Shown here in pieces: positions 1-10,292 of a DNA stretch of 56,610 bases. Below the pieces are notes generated by a model, which saw only the letters and a list, made by a program, of their open reading frames with translations, did no database searches and was not told where the DNA came from. The number at the start of each line of letters is the position of its first letter. Within the stretch, counting starts at the first letter, position 1. The position numbers and the translations under genes were made by a program. Location: NCBI GenBank assembly GCA_022508745.1, contig JAFLUP010000004.1:1-56610 (forward strand). Direction: 5' to 3'. The DNA comes from Oscillospiraceae bacterium. GTDB taxonomy: Bacteria; Bacillota; Clostridia; Oscillospirales; CAG-382.

Positions 1-67
1 TGCAGGTGCCGCGACCGTCATTAAGGTCAGACACTAATCGAATCATCGGCGCATACCGCGTCTGAAC

Positions 68-104
68 AAAACAGCTGCAAGCCGAAAGGCTTGCAGCTGC
101 TTTT
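68..104 (+). terminator. Rho-independent terminator of the upstream (mostly off-window) gene
   Basis: CAGCTGCAAGCC-GAAA-GGCTTGCAGCTG perfect stem followed by CTTTT and preceded by AAAA. Confidence 0.8.
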
Positions 105-138
105 GACGTATACACGTCTGTTCTTGTCGCCATGCATT

Positions 139-223
139 ATGAATAATATACATGATTTTCCCGTTGAAAATGAAAAAATATTCATATTTATACATTGACA
201 GCGCATAATTATTCGTGTATAAT
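139..223 (+). promoter_or_regulatory. sigma-A promoter of the arg operon with ArgR (ARG box)-like operators
   Basis: TTGACA(195-200)-17 bp-TATAAT(218-223). ARG-box-like sites: ATGAATAATATACAT (139-153), TTCATATTTATACAT (181-195), GCGCATAATTATTCG (201-215). Confidence 0.75.
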
Positions 224-288
224 AGGGATATGATAAAGGAAACTGCGTTTTGCCGTAAAACGCGCTCATACAGAAAGGAAAGAACAGC

Positions 289-1512
289 ATGAACAAACAG
301 GAGATCAAAAAAGTCGTATTGGCGTATTCAGGCGGTCTGGATACGTCTATCATCATTCCGTGGCTGAAGGAAAACTACAACAACTGCGAAGTGATCGCAG
401 TTTCCGGCAACGTGGGGCAGGCGGATGAGCTGGAAGGGCTGGAGGAGAAAGCCATTAAGACCGGCGCCTCCAAGCTGTATGTTTTGGATCTGACGGATGA
501 ATATGTGGATGAATACATCATTCCCACCATGAAGGCGGGGGCGATCTATGAGGAGTACCTGCTGGGTACCAGCCATGCGCGTCCCTGTATCGCGAAGGGT
601 CTGGTGGAGATCGCTTTGCAGGAAGGCGCGGACGCCATCTGCCACGGCTGCACCGGCAAAGGAAACGATCAGGTGCGGTTCGAGCTGGCCATCAAGCATT
701 TTGCGCCGAATATGCCCATCATCGCACCCTGGCGCGAGTGGTCCATCAAATCCCGCGAGGAGGAGATCGAATACGCGGAAGCGCACAACATTCCGCTGAA
801 GATCAATCGCGAAACCAACTATTCCAAGGATAAGAACCTCTGGCATCTGTCCCACGAGGGCATGGATCTGGAGGATACCGGCAACGAACCGCTGTATGAG
901 AAGCCCGGCTTTTTGGAAATGGGCGTTTCTCCGCTGCAGGCGCCGGATGAGCCGACCTATGTGACCATTGCGTTTGAGCAAGGGATCCCGGTGGCGCTGG
1001 ACGATCAGAACATGAGCGCCAAAGAGATCATTTTGAAGCTCAACGAGCTGGGCGGTAAGAACGGTATCGGTCTTCTGGACATCGTGGAGAACCGTCTGGT
1101 GGGCATGAAGTGCCGCGGCGTGTATGAGACGCCCGGCGGAAGCATCCTGTATAAAGCCCACAGCGTGCTGGAAAGCATCTGTCTGGACAAGATGACCATG
1201 CACGAAAAGCAGAAACTCTCCATCACCTTTGCGGAGCTTGTCTATAACGGGCAATGGTTCACTCCCTTGCGGGAGGCGCTCAGCGCGTTTGTGGATAAGA
1301 CCCAAGAGAAGGTCACCGGTAAGGTGCGCCTGAAGCTGTACAAAGGCAATATGATCAACGCCGGCGTGTGGAGCCCGTACTCGCTTTACAGCGAGGAGAT
1401 CGCCACCTTCGGCGAAAGCGACTACGACCAGAAGGATTCCGCCGGCTTCATCAACCTCTACGGGCTGCCCATCAAGGTGCAGGCGATCGTGGACGCGAAG
1501 AACCGGAAATAA
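289..1512 (+). CDS. argG: argininosuccinate synthase
   Basis: [24 protein letters not shown] and [16 protein letters not shown] motifs; RBS AAAGGA. Confidence 0.98.
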   Translation: MNKQEIKKVVLAYSGGLDTSIIIPWLKENYNNCEVIAVSGNVGQADELEGLEEKAIKTGASKLYVLDLTDEYVDEYIIPTMKAGAIYEEYLLGTSHARPCIAKGLVEIALQEGADAICHGCTGKGNDQVRFELAIKHFAPNMPIIAPWREWSIKSREEEIEYAEAHNIPLKINRETNYSKDKNLWHLSHEGMDLEDTGNEPLYEKPGFLEMGVSPLQAPDEPTYVTIAFEQGIPVALDDQNMSAKEIILKLNELGGKNGIGLLDIVENRLVGMKCRGVYETPGGSILYKAHSVLESICLDKMTMHEKQKLSITFAELVYNGQWFTPLREALSAFVDKTQEKVTGKVRLKLYKGNMINAGVWSPYSLYSEEIATFGESDYDQKDSAGFINLYGLPIKVQAIVDAKNRK

Positions 1513-1532
1513 ATCATATTCGGAGAAACACT

Positions 1533-2924
1533 ATGGCAAAGATGTGGGCGGGCAGGACCGCAGGACTTACGGATAAACTGGCGGACGACTTCAATTCCTC
1601 CATCCGGTTTGACTGTAAGATGTACAAGCAGGATATCACCGGCAGCATGGCGCATGCCGCCATGCTGGGGGCGAAGGGGATCCTGACAGAGGAGGAAACC
1701 CAAACGCTGATCGATGGGCTCTCGCAGATCCTCGCCGATCTGGAAAAAGGCGCGCTTGCCTTTGATTGGCAGTGTGAGGACATTCATATGTTCGTCGAGC
1801 AGGAGCTGACGAATCGTCTCGGCGCGCTGGGGAAAAAGCTGCACACTGCCCGCAGCCGCAATGATCAGGTGGCGCTGGATCTGCGGATGTACCTGCGGGA
1901 AGAGACCGACCGCTTGACCGCGGAGGTCAAAGGACTGCTGGAAGTGCTGTTGGAGCAGGCGGAGACCCACCGGGCGACCATCCTGCCGGGCTACACGCAT
2001 TTGCAGCGCGCCCAGCCTGTCACCTTCGGACATCATTTGCTGGCCTACGCCATGATGCTGCTCCGCGACCTCGACCGCTTGCAGGACGGGCGGAAGCGCA
2101 TCAACTGCTCGCCCATCGGCTGCTGTGCGCTGGCGGGAACCACCTACGATACGGACCGTTGGATGGAGGCGGAACGCCTCGGCTTTACGGACCTGTGCCG
2201 GAACAGCATCGACGGCGTTTCCGATCGGGATTTTTGCGTGGAGTTCCTGAACACCTGCGCCATCCTGATGATGCACCTGTCCCGGTTTTCTGAAGAACTG
2301 ATCCTCTGGTCCAGCTGGGAATTTCGGTTCGTGGAGCTGTCGGACGCGTATACCACCGGCTCCTCCATCATGCCGCAAAAGAAGAATCCGGACATGGCGG
2401 AGCTGATCCGGGGAAAAACCGGGCGGGTCTATGGCGACCTGATGGCGTTGCTGACCACCCTTAAGGGGCTTCCGCTTGCCTATAACAAGGATATGCAGGA
2501 AGATAAGGAAAGCGTATTCGACGCCGTGGAGACGGTGCACCAGTGCTTGCAGGTGATGACGCCCATGGTGGAGACCATGCAGGTTCGCGCCGACCGGATG
2601 AAGTTGGCGGCGCAGGAAGGCTTTATCAATGCCACCGATCTCGCGGATTATCTGGTGAAGAAGGGGTTGCCCTTCCGTTCCGCGTACAAGATCTCCGGAG
2701 AACTGGTAGCGGAATGTATGAAGCGCTCCTGCGTGTTGGAAACCTTGCCGCTGGAGGTGTATCGGTCCTTCAGTCCGCTGTTCGATGAGGATCTTTACCC
2801 CGAGATCGCGCTGGAGACCTGTGTGGAGAAGCGCATTTCCGAGGGAGGAACCTCCGCGTCTTCCGTGGATGCACAGATTTCCTACGTGCGGGAAAAACTG
2901 GGAAAAGAGGAAACATCATCGTGA
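1533..2924 (+). CDS. argH: argininosuccinate lyase
   Basis: Start MAKMWAGR after GGAG RBS; HTARSRNDQ, GYTHLQRAQP and GSSIMPQKKNPD signatures. Confidence 0.98.
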   Translation: MAKMWAGRTAGLTDKLADDFNSSIRFDCKMYKQDITGSMAHAAMLGAKGILTEEETQTLIDGLSQILADLEKGALAFDWQCEDIHMFVEQELTNRLGALGKKLHTARSRNDQVALDLRMYLREETDRLTAEVKGLLEVLLEQAETHRATILPGYTHLQRAQPVTFGHHLLAYAMMLLRDLDRLQDGRKRINCSPIGCCALAGTTYDTDRWMEAERLGFTDLCRNSIDGVSDRDFCVEFLNTCAILMMHLSRFSEELILWSSWEFRFVELSDAYTTGSSIMPQKKNPDMAELIRGKTGRVYGDLMALLTTLKGLPLAYNKDMQEDKESVFDAVETVHQCLQVMTPMVETMQVRADRMKLAAQEGFINATDLADYLVKKGLPFRSAYKISGELVAECMKRSCVLETLPLEVYRSFSPLFDEDLYPEIALETCVEKRISEGGTSASSVDAQISYVREKLGKEETSS

Positions 2925-3850
2925 CAAATCTCTTCATAGACGGCAGCGCCGGTACGACCGGGCTGCGTATCCGCAACCGCCTGTATGCCCGGGAGGACCT
3001 GCACGTGCTGACCCTTCCTGAAAGCCTGCGGAAGGATCCTTCCGCCCGTCGGGAAGCCATGGCGCAGGCGGATGTGACCTTCCTTTGCCTGCCGGACGCG
3101 GCGGCGCGGGAGGCGGTGGCATTGGCAGAGGGAACCGGGACCGTTCTGATTGATACCTCCACGGCGCACCGGACTTCCCCGGAGTGGACCTACGGCCTTC
3201 CGGAGCTGCCCGGTATGCGGGAAAAGATCGCTTCTTCCCGGCTTATTGCGAACCCCGGCTGCCATGCCAGCGGCTTTGTCGCGTTGACGGCGCCTTTGGT
3301 GCATGCCGGACTGCTTCGGAAGGATGCGCAGCTTTCCTGCTTTTCGCTGACCGGCTATTCCGGCGGCGGAAAATCCATGATCGCCGCTTATGAGGCGGAG
3401 GATCGCGAACCGCTTCTTTCTGCGCCGCGGCAATACGCCCTCGGGCAGGCGCACAAGCATCTGCCGGAGATGCAGACCTTTTCCGGCTTGCAAACACCGC
3501 CGCTGTTTTGCCCCATCGTCGGGGATTTTTACAGCGGCATGGAAGTGACCGTTCCGCTGTTTGCAAGCGATCTGCGGGGAACGATTTCCGACGTGAAGGA
3601 CGTATTCGCGTCCTGTTATCAAAGCTCCATCCTGCACTTTGACGGGGAAGCGGAGCAGGCAGAAAACGGATTCCTTTCCGCCGGCGCTTTTGCCGGTCGG
3701 GACGATATGCAGATCACCGTCTGCGGCAACGAGGAACGCTTGCTGTTGATCGCGCGGTTTGACAATTTGGGCAAAGGCGCGTCGGGAGCAGCCATCCAGA
3801 ACCTGAACCTCCTGTTGGGCATAGACGAAACCGCAGGATTGGTTGTATAG
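2921..3850 (+). CDS. argC: N-acetyl-gamma-glutamyl-phosphate reductase (short 'IDG..GTTG' type)
   Basis: FIDGSAGTTGL, IANPGCHASG, DNLGKGASGAAIQN; GTG start overlaps the argH stop. Confidence 0.95.
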   Translation: MTNLFIDGSAGTTGLRIRNRLYAREDLHVLTLPESLRKDPSARREAMAQADVTFLCLPDAAAREAVALAEGTGTVLIDTSTAHRTSPEWTYGLPELPGMREKIASSRLIANPGCHASGFVALTAPLVHAGLLRKDAQLSCFSLTGYSGGGKSMIAAYEAEDREPLLSAPRQYALGQAHKHLPEMQTFSGLQTPPLFCPIVGDFYSGMEVTVPLFASDLRGTISDVKDVFASCYQSSILHFDGEAEQAENGFLSAGAFAGRDDMQITVCGNEERLLLIARFDNLGKGASGAAIQNLNLLLGIDETAGLVV

Positions 3851-3872
3851 AATGATGAGCAAAGGAACAACA

Positions 3873-5096
3873 ATGGATACCATCAAACAGATTTCCGGCG
3901 GCGTTTGCGCCGCCAAAGGCTTTTTGGCAGGCGGCGTGCATTGCGGCATCCGCAAGAATCATAGCAAACGCGACCTCTCCTTGATTTACAGCGAAACACC
4001 CGCGAGCGCGGCGGCGCTCTACACCACCAATCGGGTCAAAGGGGCACCTCTGACGGTCACAAAGCGGCATCTTGCCGACGGCAAGGCGCAAGCGGTGATT
4101 TGCAACAGCGGCAACGCCAATACCTGCAACGCGGATGGGGAAGAGATCGCGGAAGAAACCTGCGCATCCCTCGCGGAAGCGCTGCACATTGCACCGGCGG
4201 ACGTGGTGGTCGCCTCTACGGGCGTGATCGGACAGCCGCTGGACATCCGTCCCATCCGTGCGGGCATCCCGCCGCTGGTGGTGGCCCTCTCTCCGGAGGG
4301 GAGCCGTATGGCGGCGGAGGGCATCATGACCACCGATACCATCGTCAAGGAAGTGGCGGTGGAATTCACCCTCGGGGGTAAGACCTGCCATCTGGGCGGC
4401 ATCGCCAAGGGCAGCGGCATGATCCATCCCAACATGGCGACCATGCTGGTCTTTCTGACCACCGATGTTGCCATCTCGCCGGAAATGCTCTCCCACGCGT
4501 TGAAAACAGACGTTGCATCCTCCTTCAACATGGTGAGCGTGGACGGTGACACCTCCACCAACGATATGGTGGTGCTGCTCGCCAACGGGCTTGCGGGCAA
4601 CCGGGAGATCACTTGCGACGGGGAGGACTTTTCCTGCTTCATGCGGGCGCTCAACACCGTGACCGTCTGCCTTTGCAGACTGCTTGCCGGTGACGGGGAA
4701 GGCGCCACGAAATTGTTAGAATGTAAGGTTTGCGGCGCGAAAGATGACGAGACCGCGCGGATCACGGCAAAAAGCGTGATCTGTTCCAGCCTGCTCAAGG
4801 CGGCGATGTTCGGTGCAGACGCCAACTGGGGACGCGTGCTGTGCGCCATCGGTTACAGCGGCGCCGACGTGGATATCGGTGCAGTGGACGTGACGTTTGC
4901 TTCCGCAAATGGCGTCATCGACGTCTGCAAGGACGGCGCGGGGGTTCCCTTCTCCGAGGAAAAAGCCAAGGAGATCCTGCTGGAAAAGGAGATCGAGATC
5001 CGCGTCCGGGTAGGCGAAGGGGCAGGGGAAGCCACTGCGTGGGGCTGCGACCTGACCTACGATTATGTAAAGATCAACGGGGACTACCGTACCTAA
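3873..5096 (+). CDS. argJ: bifunctional ornithine acetyltransferase / N-acetylglutamate synthase
   Basis: NSGNANTC, AKGSGMIHPNMATML, DGDTSTND; C-terminal GCDLTYDYVKINGDYRT. Confidence 0.97.
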   Translation: MDTIKQISGGVCAAKGFLAGGVHCGIRKNHSKRDLSLIYSETPASAAALYTTNRVKGAPLTVTKRHLADGKAQAVICNSGNANTCNADGEEIAEETCASLAEALHIAPADVVVASTGVIGQPLDIRPIRAGIPPLVVALSPEGSRMAAEGIMTTDTIVKEVAVEFTLGGKTCHLGGIAKGSGMIHPNMATMLVFLTTDVAISPEMLSHALKTDVASSFNMVSVDGDTSTNDMVVLLANGLAGNREITCDGEDFSCFMRALNTVTVCLCRLLAGDGEGATKLLECKVCGAKDDETARITAKSVICSSLLKAAMFGADANWGRVLCAIGYSGADVDIGAVDVTFASANGVIDVCKDGAGVPFSEEKAKEILLEKEIEIRVRVGEGAGEATAWGCDLTYDYVKINGDYRT

Positions 5097-5108
5097 CGAG
5101 GCGATAAG

Positions 5109-5990
5109 ATGGAAAATCAATTCTCAAACGCACAGCGTGCGGAGGTGCTGACGCAGGCGCTTCCGTATATCCGAAAATATTACGGTAAGACCGTCGTCGT
5201 CAAGTACGGCGGCAACGCCATGATCGACGAGCGGCTGAAAGGGCAGGTGATGGAGGACATCGTTCTGCTTTGGCTGGTGGGCGTGAAGGTGGTGCTGGTG
5301 CACGGCGGCGGGCCGGAAATCAGCGATCTGATGAACCGTCTGGGCAAGGAACCGGTCTTTCTGGACGGCTTGCGCGTCACGGATAAGGAGACGGCGGACA
5401 TCGTGCAGATGGTGCTTGCCGGAAAGGTCAACAAGACGCTGGTTAACCTGTTAGAGTGCAACGGCGGCAAGGCGATGGGCATCTCCGGTATGGACGGACG
5501 GCTCATCGAAGCGGAGCCAAAGGACGAGCGTCTCGGCTATGTGGGCAAGATCACGCAGATCAACATCGGCGCGGTGGAGGATCTGCTGGAAAAAGGGTAT
5601 ATCCCGGTGGTTTCCACGCTGGGCTGCGACAGCGACGGAAACACTTACAACATCAACGGAGACACCGCCGCGGCACATATCGCAGGCGCACTGGGTGCAG
5701 AGCGCATGATCATGATGACGGACACCGCCGGCATCCTGCGGGATAAGAACGACCCGTCCACGCTGATCCCTTCCGTAACGCTGGAGGAAGCAAAAGCTCT
5801 GTTCTCCGAAGGGATCATCAGCGGCGGTATGATCCCGAAGGTGGAATGTTGCGTGGAGGCCATCCATCGCGGGGTGAAGAACGTCACCATCATGGACGGC
5901 AGGATCCCCCATTCCATCCTCATGGAGCTGCTGACGGACGAAGGCGCTGGCACCGTGGTCGCCGAAGGGAAGGAAGATATCGTTTTATGA
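5109..5990 (+). CDS. argB: acetylglutamate kinase
   Basis: VVKYGGNAM, VHGGGPEI, GLRVTD, NINGD, GGMIPK. Confidence 0.97.
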   Translation: MENQFSNAQRAEVLTQALPYIRKYYGKTVVVKYGGNAMIDERLKGQVMEDIVLLWLVGVKVVLVHGGGPEISDLMNRLGKEPVFLDGLRVTDKETADIVQMVLAGKVNKTLVNLLECNGGKAMGISGMDGRLIEAEPKDERLGYVGKITQINIGAVEDLLEKGYIPVVSTLGCDSDGNTYNINGDTAAAHIAGALGAERMIMMTDTAGILRDKNDPSTLIPSVTLEEAKALFSEGIISGGMIPKVECCVEAIHRGVKNVTIMDGRIPHSILMELLTDEGAGTVVAEGKEDIVL

Positions 5991-7159
5991 ACGAACAGCT
6001 GAAAGTATTGGATCAGACTTATATTGCAAATACCTATGCCCGTTTTCCGGTGGATCTGGTCTCCGGTTCGGGCTCCCTCGTCTATGACGCCGCCGGGAAA
6101 GCCTATATCGACATGGGCTCCGGCATCGGTGTGACCGCCTTCGGGATCGCGGATCCGGTCTGGCAGGAAGCCGTCACCAAGCAGCTGGGAAAGCTGCAGC
6201 ACACTTCGAATCTTTACTATACCGAGCCTTGCGCACGTCTTGCAGAGCTGCTCTGCAAACGGACGGGGATGAAGAAGGTGTTCTTCTCCAACTCCGGCGC
6301 AGAATCCAACGAGTGCGCCATCAAGTTCGCAAGGAAGTATGCCGCGGAAAAGAAGGGCGCGGCGTACAGCGCGATCATTACGCTGGAAAACAGCTTCCAC
6401 GGGCGCACGCTGACCACGCTGGCGGCGACGGGACAGGCGCATTACCACGAGCTGTTCCAACCGCTGACCCCCGGCTTCTATCATGCCCCCGCAGGGGATC
6501 TGGAAGCCATGAAAAAGCTGACGGAGGAGCATCCCACCGCGGGTATCCTCATCGAGTGCATCCAGGGGGAGGGCGGAGTGATTCCGTTGGAGAAACCCTT
6601 TGTCCGTGCTTTGGCGGATTTTTGTGCCGAGCAGGATATCCTGCTGATGATCGACGAGGTGCAGACCGGCAACGGCAGAACGGGAACCTTGTACGCTTAC
6701 CAGCAGTACGGCGTCCAGCCGGATATCGTTTCCACCGCTAAAGGCATCGGCGGCGGTCTGCCGCTGGGAGCGACCCTCATCGGGGAGAAGGCACAGAACG
6801 TGCTGGGATTCGGCGACCACGGCTCCACTTTTGGCGGGAATCCGGTCTGCTGCGCCGGCGCCATCAGTATTCTGGAGCGTATGGACGAAGCGTTCCTCGC
6901 TTCGGTGCGGGAAAAGAGCGCATACCTGTTTGATGCGCTGCAAGGGGCGAAAGGCGTCAGATCCGTCTCCGGCATGGGGCTCATGGTGGGTGTGGAAACC
7001 CTCCGCCCGGCGAAGGAGATCGTCTCCGTCTGCATCGAACGGGGCGTCCTCTGCCTGACCGCAAAGGACAAGGTGCGTTTCCTGCCGGCGTTGAATATTC
7101 CCATGGAGCTGCTGAAGCAGGCTGTCGAATGTTTCCTCGCCGTTTGCGCAGAGGGGTGA
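5987..7159 (+). CDS. argD: acetylornithine aminotransferase (class III PLP)
   Basis: NSGAESNE, SFHGRT, DEVQTGNGRTG, AKGIGGG, HGSTFGGNP; ATG overlaps the argB stop. Confidence 0.95.
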   Translation: MNEQLKVLDQTYIANTYARFPVDLVSGSGSLVYDAAGKAYIDMGSGIGVTAFGIADPVWQEAVTKQLGKLQHTSNLYYTEPCARLAELLCKRTGMKKVFFSNSGAESNECAIKFARKYAAEKKGAAYSAIITLENSFHGRTLTTLAATGQAHYHELFQPLTPGFYHAPAGDLEAMKKLTEEHPTAGILIECIQGEGGVIPLEKPFVRALADFCAEQDILLMIDEVQTGNGRTGTLYAYQQYGVQPDIVSTAKGIGGGLPLGATLIGEKAQNVLGFGDHGSTFGGNPVCCAGAISILERMDEAFLASVREKSAYLFDALQGAKGVRSVSGMGLMVGVETLRPAKEIVSVCIERGVLCLTAKDKVRFLPALNIPMELLKQAVECFLAVCAEG

Positions 7160-7171
7160 AAGGAGAACATC

Positions 7172-8167
7172 ATGCAACATGTGAACTTGAACAACCGTCA
7201 TTTCCTAAAATTGCTGGATCACACGCCGGAGGAGCTGACCTACCTGCTGGATCTTGCCGCGGACCTGAAGCAAAAGAAGCGTGCGGGCGTTCCGCACCGC
7301 CTGTGTGAGGGGAAGAACATCGCGCTGATCTTTGAAAAGACCAGCACCCGCACCCGTTGCAGCTTCGAGGTGGCGGCGGCGGATCTGGGAATGCACCCGG
7401 TGTATCTGGATCCGCAGGGTTCCCAGATCGGCAAGAAGGAGAGCATCCCGGACACCGCCCGTGTGCTGGGCAGGATGTTTGACGGCATCGAGTACCGCGG
7501 CTACGGGCAGGAGATCGTGGAGGAGCTTGCAAAATACGCGGGCGTCCCGGTCTGGAACGGGCTGACCAACGAATCCCATCCCACCCAGATCCTTGCGGAC
7601 TTTCTGACCATCCGGGAGGCGTTCGGCAGTCTCGCCGGGCGGAAGCTGGTCTATCTGGGGGACGCACGCTATAACATGGGCAACTCCCTGATGGTGGGCT
7701 GCGCGAAGATGGGTATGCACTTCGTCGCCTGTGCGCCGGAGGCATACTTCCCGGAAGCGTCCCTGCGGGAAACGTGCAGGCAGATCGCCGGGGAGACCGG
7801 CGGCTCCGTTTCCTTCATCGAGGACCCTGCCGAGGCCGTGAAGGGCGCAGACGTGCTGTATACCGACGTCTGGGTATCCATGGGCGAGCCGGAGGAGGTC
7901 TGGGCGGAACGTATCAAGGCGCTGTCCCCTTACCGCGTAACGGCGGAATTGATGCGGCTGGCAGGGGAGCAATGTAAGTTCATGCACTGCCTGCCCGCTT
8001 TCCATGACCTGAAAACCGGGATCGGCAAGAAGATCTACGAAACTTTCGACATCGACTGCATGGAAGTGACCGATGAGGTGTTCGAAAGCCCGGCGTCCAT
8101 CGTTTTTGACGAGGCGGAAAACCGTATGCACACCATCAAAGCGGTGATGGCGGCTACCTTGGCGTAA
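7172..8167 (+). CDS. argF: ornithine carbamoyltransferase
   Basis: [38 protein letters not shown]. Confidence 0.97.
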   Translation: MQHVNLNNRHFLKLLDHTPEELTYLLDLAADLKQKKRAGVPHRLCEGKNIALIFEKTSTRTRCSFEVAAADLGMHPVYLDPQGSQIGKKESIPDTARVLGRMFDGIEYRGYGQEIVEELAKYAGVPVWNGLTNESHPTQILADFLTIREAFGSLAGRKLVYLGDARYNMGNSLMVGCAKMGMHFVACAPEAYFPEASLRETCRQIAGETGGSVSFIEDPAEAVKGADVLYTDVWVSMGEPEEVWAERIKALSPYRVTAELMRLAGEQCKFMHCLPAFHDLKTGIGKKIYETFDIDCMEVTDEVFESPASIVFDEAENRMHTIKAVMAATLA

Positions 8168-8249
8168 CACGGACCATTGTATTGCGCGGACCGACTGTGT
8201 TTCGGTCCGCGCTACATACAAAAAAATGGGAAAAAGTTGAGAGGAACAC

Positions 8250-8278
8250 TTGACAAAAGGTGAAAACCGTGTTATACT
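8250..8278 (+). promoter_or_regulatory. sigma-A promoter for the tRNA
   Basis: TTGACA-17 bp-TATACT about 35 bp upstream of the tRNA. Confidence 0.75.
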
Positions 8279-8311
8279 ATGCCTGCTCGTGTGAGATCCC
8301 GCACGATGTAT

Positions 8312-8387
8312 GGGGGATTAGCTCAGCTGGGAGAGCGCAAGGTTCGCAATCTTGAGGCCACGGGTTCGATCCCCGTATTCTCCACCA
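8312..8387 (+). tRNA. tRNA-Ala (anticodon CGC)
   Basis: 76-nt cloverleaf: acceptor GGGGGAT/ATTCTCC with the G3:U70 Ala identity pair, anticodon arm CAAGG-TTCGCAA-TCTTG, GGTTCGAT T-loop, encoded CCA. Confidence 0.97.
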
Positions 8388-8393
8388 AAACAT

Positions 8394-8426
8394 GAAAAAC
8401 CGCTTATTTCAAGCGGTTTTTCTTTT
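8394..8426. terminator. bidirectional terminator between the tRNA and the convergent integrase remnant
   Basis: GAAAAACCGCTT-ATTTC-AAGCGGTTTTTC, then TTTT. Confidence 0.75.
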
Positions 8427-8454
8427 GTCATCCACACCTTATCCATACTTTTTG

Positions 8455-8979
8455 CTATTTTACACGGTTCAGAATCTGCACAGCGCGCTCTTCTTCGCGT
8501 GGATACAGGTGCGCGTAGGTGTTCCATGTCTGCTCGATTTTGGAGTGACCGAGGTGACGGGCGATCTCTTGGATATTGATTCCCTCATTGGCGAGAAGGG
8601 AAGCGTGGCTATGCCGGAAATCGTGGATCCGAATATGCGGAAGTCCTGCTTCTTTTGCAAAGCGAGTATTCCTATTTTCGATCGATGTGTCGCTTAGGCA
8701 TTGATTCCAGCCGCATATGCGCAGGTCGTCGGAGTATTTACCGACCGCTTGATACCTTGCCCTGTGTTCGTCCAGTACCTTGATCAAAGGGAGCGGCATT
8801 TGTAAAAGTCGATACGACTTTTTATTTTTTGGAGGTATTTCTGTGACTGTCACTCCTTTTATTTTTTGGGACACAGATCTGCGCACATTGATGAGGTCGC
8901 CTTCGATGTCCGACCATTTGAGCGAATTGATCTCACCATTGCGCATACCGGTATAATATGCGATCATGAAAAACACATA
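8455..8979 (-). pseudogene. 5'-truncated tyrosine recombinase/integrase (catalytic half only)
   Basis: YTGMRNGE (R), PKNKKS (K), IHDFRHSHAS (HxxR), LGHS, TYAH (Y). An in-frame TAG lies just upstream of YVFFM and no N-terminal binding domains are present; points toward the tRNA 3' end. Confidence 0.85.
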
Positions 8980-9225
8980 CTATCAAGCTGATCCACCGCT
9001 TCGAATTTGGCGTGGATGTAACAAAATAGGGGTTGACTGTGGATGTGGATTCAACCAAGAAGTCTGCAGGATTGCATGTTTGCGCCTTGATGATATGGCA
9101 GACCTGTATTCAAACTTACTAAGAATTTAACCTCGCGAATAATCGTGTGTTTTTTTAAAAAGAGCGGACAAGCACATTATATAAGTTTTTTTTAGGAGAG
9201 AAAGTTTTATTCGTCAATTTGTCCA

Positions 9226-9573
9226 TTGACAATTTTTTCCATCTGAGATACAATTATTATACAAATATGAGGAGGTGTTCGCTAACCCATGAATTTTAAG
9301 TGCTGAGGGAGGGTGTCGATGCTAATGTTGTCACCCGATAGAACCTCATTCTCGTAATGATGAATATTGGGAAGGCTACTCGTACTCTACTCTTTGCACG
9401 AGAATAAAAATAATGATTTAAAGACGAGTCCAATGATAATAAAGCCTTATCAGTCCTGTAGTTACGGAAGTTGCAATCGTGGGTTAGAATTAGGATAAGG
9501 ATGTTTGCTTTGGGCATAATGTTATGCATTGAATATCCTGATCCGGTTCAGCGCGATTGCTGACCGGTTTTTT
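9226..9573 (+). other. promoter-to-terminator unit (~310 nt) with only micro-ORFs; candidate ncRNA or leader
   Basis: TTGACA(9226)-17 bp-TACAAT(9249); hairpin CCGGTTCAGC...GCTGACCGG plus TTTTTT at 9543-9573. Confidence 0.4.
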
Positions 9574-9655
9574 CGTGTTGCTTACTAATTGGTAGACAGA
9601 CGAATTATACCAGGTTACTCACAAAGCAGAAATGAAAAAATGGGAGGCTAATATC

Positions 9656-9991
9656 ATGGCAAACGAAATGACTCTGCTTTCAGCATTGGCAGGAGCTGGA
9701 CAAACTATTATGTCTATGACCCAGACAGGTAAAACGAAAAGGGCGGTGCGTAAACAAGACTCCATTGCTCTTCAGGAGCAGATTCGCTTCATAAAGGCAG
9801 CTTGCAGAATCAGGGGCGTAAGCGAGCTTACAAGGCAGGGGCTGGATGAATTGGAGAAAACTGCCCAGCGAATTGACCAGAATCGCTTCTCGGAAGGGCA
9901 GCTCCACATGGCGCTGGAATTGCTCAATATCCAGTTTCGGACCGTTCGCTATATCATCGAGCATTATGATGGAGGGCTGATAGATCAATAA
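9656..9991 (+). CDS. hypothetical helical protein (111 aa)
   Basis: GGGAGG RBS before ATG 9656; coupled by TAATG to the next ORF; no recognised family. Confidence 0.65.
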   Translation: MANEMTLLSALAGAGQTIMSMTQTGKTKRAVRKQDSIALQEQIRFIKAACRIRGVSELTRQGLDELEKTAQRIDQNRFSEGQLHMALELLNIQFRTVRYIIEHYDGGLIDQ

Positions 9992-10149
9992 TGGGAATTA
10001 TAGTCCTGCTTATCTTTGCGGTGGTGGCGTTTCTTGTCTGGATGGAAATCATTCCTTTGAGAAAATGGCTACATAAGATTTGCATAAAGGCGAGCGGGAT
10101 GGTAATCAGGGGAATAATCGCTGTATTATCCCTGTTTGAAGACATGTAA
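9991..10149 (+). CDS. small membrane protein (52 aa, MGIIVLLIFAVVAFLVWMEIIPLRKWLHK...); absent from the supplied ORF track
   Basis: GGAGGG RBS, TAATG overlap, N-terminal hydrophobic helix, followed by a terminator hairpin. Confidence 0.6.
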   Translation: MGIIVLLIFAVVAFLVWMEIIPLRKWLHKICIKASGMVIRGIIAVLSLFEDM

Positions 10150-10160
10150 CGTTCCTCTAT

Positions 10161-10199
10161 ATGAGCACCAAAGGTTTTGACCTTGGGTGCTCATTTCTT
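10161..10199 (+). terminator. terminator after the two small islet genes
   Basis: ATGAGCACCAAAGG-TTTTGA-CCTTGGGTGCTCAT then TTCTT. Confidence 0.7.
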
Positions 10200-10292
10200 A
10201 CTTATTGTAGCCATATTAAAATCTCTTCATTTTAAGATATTTAGATGAATTAATGATAGAAAAGTGTCCCTGCTACGGTAGCAAATAAGAAC

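Noticed and set aside
1-37. 3' end of an upstream gene (...AGAATVIKVRH*)
   Set aside because: Too short to assign; only the following terminator is reported
1368-1532. Upstream extensions in the ORF track (also at 5846, 13143, 16289, 22157, 35572)
   Set aside because: They overlap neighbouring genes or promoters; downstream ATGs have RBSs and match family N-termini
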